From NCBI GenBank assembly GCA_000934665.2, contig KZ538020.1, forward strand, positions 186,001-228,853: 42,853 nucleotides of DNA, given 5' to 3'. This document shows, in pieces, positions 25,309-34,500 of this stretch (position 1 is its first letter; every line of letters starts with the position of its first letter). The notes beneath the pieces were generated by a model. That model made no database searches, was not told where the DNA came from, and saw nothing but the letters and a program-made list of their open reading frames with translations. The position numbers and the translations under genes are program-made. This stretch comes from Catajapyx aquilonaris (taxonomy: Eukaryota).

Positions 25309-26571
25309 ATGGCCGCCGGGGCTGTGTCTGAATTGGCTGCTGTGCGGTTGCTGTGCGTGTCCGATTTCACTTGGATTGTCCAACTGTCCAAGCGGCATTG
25401 CGAACCACGAAGGCACGAAGCTGCACGTCTCATCACGTCTCCAGGCACATGGGCACAGAAGGTTGCTGCCTCGGTCAGGGAAAAGGTGCAGCACAGCATC
25501 CTGCTTCACAGGTTGGGTCCGGCTGTCTCAGGTAATGGTCATGTGCCTTACTACGCAGCACAACGGACTAATGCCCCCTTCTGTTTGGTAAGTGTCAGAA
25601 GCAAGATGAACGGACGAGACTGTGGCAAGAAGAAGCCTGCCCGCCCACATGAGCTTGTACTGGCACAATGCCGCGCCTATTTGGAGTCACGTGGACTGTG
25701 GAGAGACAACCTAGTGAGTGAGGTACCCCATGGATGGGAAAGGTACGGGGACTTAATTGTATTGCCCAAAGGCAGTTTTACAAGTCATGAATGGTGGGAT
25801 GATGACAATAACCAACTGTGGGAAGGGTTGGGAAAGGTGTTACGTGCGGACCGATTAGCTCTGCAGGGACCAATTCTGGCGTCACCATACCGTTCGCCAT
25901 CACTTCAGTTGGTGTTGGGTTCAAACCCATGGGCAACCAAGACAGAAAATGGTGTCACTTACACATGGGACGTTACACAGTGTATGTTCTCGCGTGGGAA
26001 TTTTATGGAGAAAAAGCGCATGGGTCAACTTAAATGTGAAACTGAAGTGGTTGTAGATGCTTTTGCAGGAATAGGATACTTTACTCTCCCTCTTTTGGTC
26101 GGTTCAAAAGCAAAACACTTGTTTGCATGCGAATGGAACCCAGCAGCATTGGATGCCCTCAAGCGAAACTTGAGTTTGAATGGAATCAATACATCTCGGG
26201 TTACCATTTGCGCTGGAGATTGCCGTGTTGTCTGCCCCCAGAATGTAGCTGACAGGGTTGTCTTAGGACTGATTCCATCCTCGAAGTGTGGGTGGGAAGT
26301 GGCATGCAGGGCTTTGAAAAGTGAAACAGGAGGGATAATACACCTTCATGGTGTGGACCGCAATGGTGGAGAAGTTGAGCGGCAGAGCTGGGGTGAGCTC
26401 ATGGCTAGTGAAATCAAGAAATTGTTGGACAAAATGTGGGCTTGCCCAGCAAGAGTTACCGTGAAAGGAGTGTACTCAGTCAAGTCTTATGCACCTAAAC
26501 TGCACCATTATGTGGCTGACTTAAGTTGCACACCAGTTTGTGATAGTTATGAAGATGTGCTTGTGCAGTGA
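25309..26571 (+). CDS. TRMT12: tRNA wybutosine-synthesizing protein 2 (TYW2/TRMT12), intronless, 420 aa
   Basis: Long open ORF whose first in-frame ATG (25309) lies in caagATGGCC context. Motifs WERYGDL, ENGVTYTWDVTQCMFSRGN..EK.RM, SAM-binding VVVDAFAGIGYFTLP, CEWNP, ADRVVLGLIPSS, GGIIHLH and VKSYAP are typical of the TYW2 branch of the Trm5/TYW2 (Met-10+) family. Confidence 0.93.
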   Translation: MAAGAVSELAAVRLLCVSDFTWIVQLSKRHCEPRRHEAARLITSPGTWAQKVAASVREKVQHSILLHRLGPAVSGNGHVPYYAAQRTNAPFCLVSVRSKMNGRDCGKKKPARPHELVLAQCRAYLESRGLWRDNLVSEVPHGWERYGDLIVLPKGSFTSHEWWDDDNNQLWEGLGKVLRADRLALQGPILASPYRSPSLQLVLGSNPWATKTENGVTYTWDVTQCMFSRGNFMEKKRMGQLKCETEVVVDAFAGIGYFTLPLLVGSKAKHLFACEWNPAALDALKRNLSLNGINTSRVTICAGDCRVVCPQNVADRVVLGLIPSSKCGWEVACRALKSETGGIIHLHGVDRNGGEVERQSWGELMASEIKKLLDKMWACPARVTVKGVYSVKSYAPKLHHYVADLSCTPVCDSYEDVLVQ

Positions 26572-27736
26572 GGGTAGTTTGAACTGTGTTTGGTGTAAAG
26601 ATTTGGATTGCCAACTGAAGTTTATGTGGGGAGAACTGTTCAGTGCCTTCCTGTTTGCTTTTTTTTTTTGTTGTAGTTCATGTTGTTAGGACACTTGACA
26701 TTGTGTCAGTTCATAAAATATAGTACATATGAAATTATTTTTGCATTGCTTTTTCCCCTTTGTGAAATGGATGAGGAATATTGCAGCGTTGCTTCTTCAA
26801 GCTGGGGTTGGGTAATCTTTGCCGCTTTGCATTAATATGTTAAGATGAACTCTATGTGCCTCAGGGTTTGGCTCATCTGTATTAGTTGCATCATGTTCAA
26901 GTTTGGCATAGCTATGCACACAAATGGAGAGCCTGCTAAATTACTTTAAAATGACATGTCAAGCAATGAAGCAATACTACACTTGTAGGTGAGACCACAA
27001 CACAGGTGTGACTGGAGATGAGACTCCACAAGGTTTTTATCACTGCTGATTTTATGAATGAATTCTGGAACATGTGGTATGTTTATAGTTGGTGGTGTTT
27101 GAGTCACCTTTCATGTGAAAGCAGCCTAGGGAAGTGCTTGCCTGGTGCTAACTGTAAGTGCATATGTCAGCAGTGAGTTAAAATATCTTCGGCGCATTTT
27201 TATTGCTGTCCCATTTTGGTAGCCCCTAAGTAAGATTGTAGCATAGCAATGGACAATGAACAATGAATTTTTCCAACATGTTGTTCTTGTTACATTTTTA
27301 AAAAAATTCGTCCTAACTCAAGTTCTGCTGCAGGTAGAGCTTCCAAATTTTGAGCACAGATCCCCACCGTCGCGTCGTGAAGTGCATTCCTACTATTTAC
27401 AGCTAAACTGAATTCCTCTTCAAAACGCTGCAAAAAATTACCACAAAAAAATTCTTTATTATTTTTTTGCTCAACTATTCGGAATGCGGTTTCTTCTTCA
27501 AAGGGCCGAATTTACAACATGATGGTGTGGATATATGTTAAAATCCTTATAGTTCTATCCACTACAGGATTGGAGGTATGATTTTTTTTTCTCTGCAATT
27601 TTTTCTGTCATTACTTCATTTGTTCATGATGTCATTACCTAGCACCATCAAGTCTTGTTTACCAACTCGCCATATCATTTTATGTAGTTATTGTTGGCCA
27701 AATGTTGCGCTACTGCAGTATATAGAGTACTTATTA

Positions 27737-28176
27737 CAGTTGAATCCGGATCCAACAGTCTCAGCTGTAACAGACTTTCGGTTATAAAAGCCTGTCCCAG
27801 CATGATTCCATAAGGCCTGTGTATTTTACTCCTGATGTAACAGACTCATTTTCACCTCACCTTGGGTATAACAGACCATTATTTCTGGGCCCCTTGGTGG
27901 GAAAATATAGTTTTTCAGGTATAAAATGTGCAAAAAGGAGCTGGCAGAAGAAAATTTCGGATATTTTGGTCCTGCATAATTTTCGGGTGAGCTCATATTG
28001 CATTTTTGATGGATTTCATTCATTGGTATGCAGTTAGTGCGTATTACAGGCATATGGAAAGCATAAATAATCTGTGTTTTTCGTTGAAAAAGTGACGATT
28101 AGGATATAACAGATCTCGGTTATAACAGACTTTTTTTCTGTGGTTTCTTGACGTCTGTTATATCCGGATTCAACTG
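27737..28176. mobile_element. Tc1/mariner (pogo/Tigger-like) MITE
   Basis: TA|CAGTTGAATCCGGAT...ATCCGGATTCAACTG|TA with subterminal ttataacagac-type repeats. Confidence 0.82.
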
Positions 28177-28185
28177 TACTATTAA

Positions 28186-28735
28186 CCCCTTCACTACCTG
28201 CTATATTGCCATCGCCTCGATTTTCGCTTACACATATTATGAAGATAAGGACAAGATATTTTACAAAATAATATAATATAATATCATACCCCATTGAAGC
28301 CGTTCTGGCTTTTTAGGGGGGAGATTTGTTTTTTTTTTGGCTGGAACTCTTGTAAACTTTATTTCGCTTTTTGGGACGGGATAGGGATGGAAGGAAGCGG
28401 CTGTGGCCTATTAACTAGGAAACAACTCTGGTATTCACCTGGAGGAACCGTGGGAAACCACAGAAAACCACGGTCAGAGTTGCCGGCACCGGGATTCGAA
28501 CCTCGAACCCAGGACCTCCCGATTAGCAGGCGGACTCCATATCCACTACACCAACCTGCTTCAGTATATTTTACAAAATAATACATAATAACAGCTATAC
28601 TTACGCATTCATGCTCTGTATGTGATGGAAACAGTTTTCGTTGTCTGGAAGTTCCTAAATAAATTTTCAATAAGATTGCCGTAAAAACTCGAAATTCAGG
28701 TATTACTGCCAACTATTAAGCTGATTTAATTTTCG
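28186..28735 (+). mobile_element. piggyBac-like non-autonomous element (partial), interrupted by a SINE
   Basis: TTAA|CCCCTTCACTACC left end. Segments on both sides of the SINE are homologous to ~31050-31240. Right end not located. Confidence 0.55.
28274..28565 (-). mobile_element. tRNA-derived SINE, family 2
   Basis: Minus-strand A box TGGTGTAGTGG, B box GGTTCGAATCCC (preceded by a duplicated GGTTCGA) and (ATATT)n tail. The body ggttttctgtggtttccc...ccaggtgaatacc...ggccacagccgcttccttcc resembles recalled insect SINE central domains. An 18-bp TSD atattttacaaaataata lies at 28256-28273 and 28566-28583. Confidence 0.88.
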
Positions 28736-29485
28736 CTCCTGAAAATGCAGAATCCAATCGAAAAAGACCGCTGAAAATTCACCAGTTTACATTAACATGT
28801 GAAAAATTAAACATTACAGTTAAATCAGTATCTAAATTGTGCGTAAATATTTCATGGCAATAAACTCGTACAAATTTTATACAGTATAAATTCAATACGC
28901 TTAATATTGAAGTTCCTAATTTCAGAAAACACACTTATATGGAGTGGCTCATGGAAAATTAATATTTTCAGAAAGGAGACTTCATGAGCAGTAAATTGGA
29001 AATTGCTTGAGTAAAACTTAAATCAGTAATTGGTGGAGGACTGGAGGTCTTATGTGCACCTACCTTGTTTCAGTACTTTCATTTAACCGCCACGGAGGTC
29101 TTACTACCCTTTTTATCACTGCAGGGAATGTTTATGTTCTTATTTTACCTATACTTAATAACAATGAGCTTCCATTATCCACAGGTTATTGGTTGCAAGC
29201 CTTCTGAACAGGTAAAGTGAAACCTGTGAATAATAACCTACTGACGAACATAGGTGTTGTAACAAACATACTTACCTGTTATAAGTTTAAATTACAAATT
29301 CTGCACATTAAGGTATGGTGAGCCGGCAGGCACGCTCCCCTGCCGGCTTCACCTCACGGGCAAATGTCCCCTGACTCGCATCGGCTTCCAAACCTATCCT
29401 GTCCCCTGCTCTTTTTCCCTCCAAAAACCTTCAAGGCCAGAGTCGACCAACTCTGGCTCGACCTCCACAAGGTCCGCGCCTTGGG

Positions 29486-29493
29486 TATAAAAA
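29486..29493 (+). promoter_or_regulatory. TATA box in the loop of a 14-bp inverted repeat
   Basis: gggTATAAAAAg flanked by ggtccgcgccttgg (29471-29484) and ccaaggcgcgggcc (29500-29513). A pyrimidine-rich Inr-like ttcacttcagc lies ~30 nt downstream. Confidence 0.55.
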
Positions 29494-29621
29494 GCAGCAC
29501 CAAGGCGCGGGCCACTTCACTTCAGCATCAGCTGCAGCCTTCAACGAGGAACACCCGACTCCGAGCTCCACAGCAGACACGGCCTACGAGCTCAGCAGCA
29601 GCAGCGGCGCATCAAACAACC

Positions 29622-29665
29622 GGTCCTTTTCAGGACCAACATAACAAACGGCCCTTTTCAGGGCC
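29622..29665 (+). other. Two tandem histone-3'-UTR-type stem-loops
   Basis: GGTCCT-TTTC-AGGACC (29622-29637) and GGCCCT-TTTC-AGGGCC (29650-29665), each with A/C-rich 5' flanks and an AACAT 3' flank. Both fit the 6-bp stem, 4-nt loop SLBP consensus. Confidence 0.8.
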
Positions 29666-29760
29666 AACATGAGCATCTGTAAAGGGTCACCAAAAAGGCA
29701 TCAACAAAAACAGTGAACAAAAAATTAGATTGTTATGACAGTACGGTACTGCACTGCACT

Positions 29761-29889
29761 ATATTGGATTTTTAAATTTTATTACAGTATTTCATTTCAT
29801 TATATATTGGATTTTTAAATTTTATTACAGTATTTCATTTCATTATATATTGGATTTTTAAATTTTATTACAGTATTTCATTTCATTAT
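29761..29889. repeat. Tandem repeat, 3 x 43 bp, AT-rich
   Basis: Unit atattggatttttaaattttattacagtatttcatttcattat starts at 29761, 29804 and 29847. Confidence 0.92.
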
Positions 29890-29890
29890 G

Positions 29891-30266
29891 CAGGGTGGTC
29901 CAACTTTTTTGTCCGAACAGCTATTGACAAATTCGGCCTAAGCTGCTTATGTTGTAGTGCGTTACCTGGCAACCCTGTCCGGCGGGCCAATTCAAACATC
30001 AGCCCATGGAGACTGCTTCCATTGTTGCCACTGTTTACAAATTGAGTGAGTGACGCGGATGACCCAGCGACGGATCTCTTCTGCCTGCGCACTCACTCAT
30101 TCGATTTGTAAACAGTGGCAACAATGGAAGCGCTATCCATGGGCTGATGTTTGAATTGGCCCGCCGGACAGGGTTGCCAGGGAACGGGCTACAATATAAG
30201 CAGCTTAGGCCGAATTTGTCAATAGCTGCGTGATAGCTGTTCGGACAAAAAAGTTGGACCACCCTG
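29891..30266. mobile_element. Palindromic Tc1/mariner-type MITE
   Basis: CAGGGTGGTCCAACTTTTTTGTCCGAACAGCT...AGCTGTTCGGACAAAAAAGTTGGACCACCCTG|TA with arms of ~165 bp. The left flank is TG rather than TA. Confidence 0.88.
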
Positions 30267-30983
30267 TATATTGCATCTTTTCAATCCATGGGTAATGAAC
30301 CCATGGATAATGAGGTCTCACTGTGTCTACTTGCCCTTGTAACACCATATTCTTCGCATAGAGAGTAGTGAGCCAGTGTAGAGAGAAGGTGACCATCAGG
30401 CCTGGGTGTATGATGCATTTGAGAGTCAGCTAGGAGAGGTACAGTGCAGTAATTTGTGTCATTATCCCTTTCCTTAAAAGAGTTAAAACATATTTCATGT
30501 TTTAATAAATTTCAACCCTGTCCTTCCCAATTTATTTAATTGTATTATTTATTCCATATCGTATGTTAAGGCCACAGTGGCTTTTTTTCTTGGGGGAGGG
30601 GAGGGGGTGCCATTTGTAACAAAATTATGTACAGTACACAGCCTACTATCTGTTTGTTTAATATAGAGCCCTGTGTTTGACTCTAAACAACTCCCAGGCA
30701 AATTATCAAAAAAAAATCATGGTATGTATCGTTAGAAAGCTTGTTTAAATCTATGTTACATAATTATATGATAGTTGTTTTCCTATCATCAGTCAGTCTC
30801 TAATTTTTTATCTGGTGTAGGTGAATTAGATGGGCCGTTATGAACATATGCCAGTATTGATGTTAGTACTGTACAGTATTTAGCATAGACCTTACTAGCA
30901 AGGTCTATGGTACTATGTAGAAAATGACAGTTTTAAAATGCCATAGCCCCAAAAATTGAAACTTAAAGGATATTTATAATTTA

Positions 30984-31434
30984 CCCCTTCGCTACCAGCT
31001 AGGCCAAAAACGCACAGATTTTCCCTTACGCCTATAGGGCTATACTCTGAAGGTAATAAGAACAAGATACTGTACTATTTTACAAATAATAACAGCTATA
31101 TTTACCCATTTATGGAAAACACTATATGAATGTCTTGCGAACAATTTTACTCCTGCATAAGTCCCTAAATTAATTTCCAAAAAGATCGCCTTAAAAACTC
31201 GAAATTAGAGTTAATACCGGCCAACTGTTAGGCTGATTTAATTATGAAATACGCAAAAATATACGGAACAACAACCTTGAGACGAATTTTCTGGAACTAT
31301 AGTTATACTTTGCGAGAAATAAATTAATACTTATTCGCGGATTTTTGACACTTCGCGAGAAGGAAATCAATTTGGGAGTTTTCTGAAGTGTCAAAAATCC
31401 GCGAATAAGTATTAATTTATTTCTCGCGAGGGGG
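30984..31434 (+). mobile_element. piggyBac-like non-autonomous element, related to the 28186 copy
   Basis: TTTA|CCCCTTCGC ... GCGAGGGGG|TTAA termini. Internal homology to 28241-28273 plus 28584-28735. Confidence 0.55.
31312..31427. repeat. Perfect 43-bp inverted repeat with 30-nt spacer
   Basis: gcgagaaataaattaatacttattcgcggatttttgacacttc (31312-31354) and its exact reverse complement (31385-31427). Confidence 0.92.
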
Positions 31435-31452
31435 TTAAAATAGTCCGTGTAA

Positions 31453-31577
31453 GGGCCGGTTTCACCGAGCTTGGTATATGATAAAACCAGGTTTCTTTAG
31501 GAAAATCCATACAAATAGATAGGGATTTTGAGAAATACCCTGGTTTTATCATATACTGAGCTCGGTGAAACCGGCCC
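31453..31577. mobile_element. PIF/Harbinger (Tourist-like) MITE, 125 bp
   Basis: TAA|GGGCCGGTTTCACCGAGCT...AGCTCGGTGAAACCGGCCC|TAA, with a 3-bp TAA TSD and ~40-bp TIRs. Confidence 0.88.
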
Positions 31578-34500
31578 TAAGTCCGTATTATTTCTGGATC
31601 TCTCTTTTTTGGGTGACCGGCAAGAATTCGGGTTATTTTGTCAGTTGAACAAAATTCTTGCTGTCCTCGAGAGATGGCACTCCACACACCGAAGAGAACT
31701 TCCCAGTTTTTCCCATGCAAATGGCAGTGGTTGACCTCTGCCGGGATACGGAGGAAGCACAGGAAAACCACGTCTTGTGAGTTATGTTACTAGATAATAA
31801 TATATTACCACACACTAGTGGTGTTATGTTTTTCGTACTGTTCGGGCCAACTATCATATTTGTCTCTGCCTGTTGTTGTTGTAAGCGTTTATTTGTTCCA
31901 GGTTCGGCCTGCGGCCTGTTATTCATCTCTTTCTGGTGTGCCCCTTCTGCCATGCTTGACATTTTAACCAATCAGCTGGAGGATAAATACAGAACTATTT
32001 GAACAGGAAAATGTTACTATGTTAGTACAGTAAGTTCTTTCTCCTGCCTTAACTGCATGCGGATTTCGACACTTAGCTGATATCTGATAGCATAAAGCTG
32101 TAATGTCATTGTCAGCTGCAAAGGCTTCTACGATTGCAGGGGCAATTCCTCTCCCTATAGAAAATGAATAGAGCCGTAAGTTGATAGCCTACAGCTTCTG
32201 GTGTGTGAAGGCTGTTTGTTATGCATAAAGCAAAGGAGTCATTAGTTTACCCAGGCATTGGCGAGCATTATATGTTGAGAGTGTGTTGGATAGCAGGCAG
32301 TAGATGGGCCCATGAATAATGAATGGCTTGGTTTTGCTAGTGGTCCTGGAATTGTATGGCGAAATGAAGTGGTGGATTCACGGGAGACCCCAGTTTGCGC
32401 AGTGTTGGACTTGGGCTCCTCGGAGAAATCGCAAGTGTGCACAGAGTTGGCTGGCAGGCATATTATGTGGCGTATAACCCCCCCCCCGTAGTGGAATGGC
32501 AGCTACGGGCTAAATTGCATTATCCGAATGTGCGATATTAATGACATAAACGCTCCTGTTTGGAGAAGGCGGCTAAACTAATAGGACGACGTGTGACGCC
32601 GGATAATGGGCCCCGGATTCTACTAGCAACAGAGTAGGCACAAGAGGCGATTATTTTGACGGAAGGAAACGAAAAAAAGGGTTTCTCCAGGGAACGTGGA
32701 TGGGATTCGAATAAAACGCAGCCCTACGAGTTTGGGTGTTTGGATGGCAGTGATGAGCATAAAGGGAGTCCGGAAAGGAGCCATTTGTGGCCTAATAGGG
32801 AGGGCCAATCCTCACTCAAGCCAGCTCTCCAATTGCCTTTTGGCAGACTCGTAAAAGAATACTTTGGCCTCCTCCTCCTTCTTTATAGCGACTCTTCCGA
32901 CGGAGAAAACGTCACAGTCTGAGCAATAACGTTGCATATTGCGTATATACAATAATTGTAATACACATCAGATAAATCCCATTTTTCCGCCATTATTGTG
33001 TGTTAATTTCGTCTGTGCACATATGGGGGCGCCACTGCATACAGTGGCGCCCTCATATTCACCAAGGAAACGGAAGAGGAATTGAGCGTAATAGGAAAAT
33101 AAGCGCTGAAGCATCCGCTTCCAATATGAAGGGGAAGTGGGGCGGATGCGCATCGATCTTCCCCGACAATATCATTCTATTTCCATGGGCTTATGGGGCC
33201 CAGGGCGTGAAGAAAGCTAGCTAGCAAGGAACACTGAGCACACTTACAAGCTGCTTCTCACACCTAGAGGCAACGTGCATTTGTGTCATCACGCACAAGG
33301 AGATGGCTCGACTGGGAAGTGCGGAGTGTACAGGTGTTTTGGAGGCAGAGTAATTTGTAATAATTAGAGTACCTCACATTTGTTAGATTAACAAAGTTTG
33401 AGAAGGAAGGGGTGTGCAGGGTGGAACAAATGTCTGCGTTCAGATTGATGTTTCTGGGTTGGTGGTGGTGTAGTACCTGGGAGGAAATTAGTGTCTTGAA
33501 CCAGTACTATGATGGAGAAAGCTGTGTAGCCAGAAGAATTTATGGCGATTACAAATGCAACAAATTGTCGGTTTTTATTCTTATCGTGTTACAGGGAGGA
33601 AAATGTGCTATATACTGTACCGTCGCGACTAAGAGTTCTGAAAAGTTTTCAAATATCTCATTTTTCTCACTAGAGTGGTGGGTTACACCCTCTGGCCATG
33701 GGCCAAAGGCAGGCTTCACCCCTCGTCGTAGCAACCTCATGGACAAAGTGAGCCGGCTTGGAATATGTCAAGCAAGTACTTTGTCATCATAGCAGTATGC
33801 AGCTGTACTAGGTTATATAAAAGGAAAAGAAGTTAAGAACCGTCAAATGTGTCCGTCGCACGTGACATATGAAGCTGCTGGTTTGTAAACATTCAATTTA
33901 AAAGTGTATTTACTCAAGTTTGCAACCGTTAAGACGAAGTACACTGTTGTACGTGATCAGTTATCTCCAGAAAAAATGCTAGCAGCACTTTCCTGAGAAG
34001 GTTTATATAAGATTCTAGGTTATCCCGTTGCAAAGAAAATACAGTGCAAATCCCTTGCAATCATTCTACGTAAAAGTCTAAACTAACAAGAACTTTTATG
34101 GGGATTGACGCGGAAAGAACGTTTACAGTATCCTAACTTGGTTTTTTTCAGAGTTGTTTACCTGGAGTTAGTGTACAGTACTAACAGTATCCGCATATGA
34201 AAATTCCAATTTTACGGTCGACAATTTTTGTTTAAGAGTGTTATGCGCTCTCAAAAACATGCTAAACGAGCAGTTAAATAAGCAGAAACTGCATGCCGAA
34301 CATTCAAATATTAATTTGAATGGTTAATTCGATATTTAAAATATTACATTTGTAACGCTAGGTTCAGACACTACATAATTCTGCTTTGTTTGGCACAGCC
34401 ACAAACCTCGTATATCATTCTGTCAAGCTGGGGAATTGTAGCTTTGTAACGAGGCATTTCGAGTAATAATATTAGGTTAGTAAAATGTAGGGTAATATGA

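Noticed and set aside
23901..26571. Idea that TYW2 is nested in a Nup88 intron
   Set aside because: The terminal Nup88 exon lies at 24929-24995, upstream of TYW2.
28488..28559. tRNA gene
   Set aside because: The tRNA-like head has a duplicated B-box segment and continues into a SINE body with tail and TSD. The heads at 3924 and 20068 are likewise SINE heads.
29364..29672. 102-aa ORF over the stem-loop unit as a histone or other protein
   Set aside because: No histone fold or tail motifs; it starts upstream of the TATA box and runs through the stem-loops.
29761..29889. CRISPR-like array
   Set aside because: Head-to-tail repeats without spacers, in a eukaryotic context.
31633..31971. Minus-strand 112-aa ORF with a QQQQ run as an exon of another gene
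   Set aside because: No recognisable homology and no consistent splice partners.
33021..33058. Short palindrome atatgggggcgccactg-cata-cagtggcgccctcatat
   Set aside because: Likely a collapsed MITE remnant; nothing indicates function.
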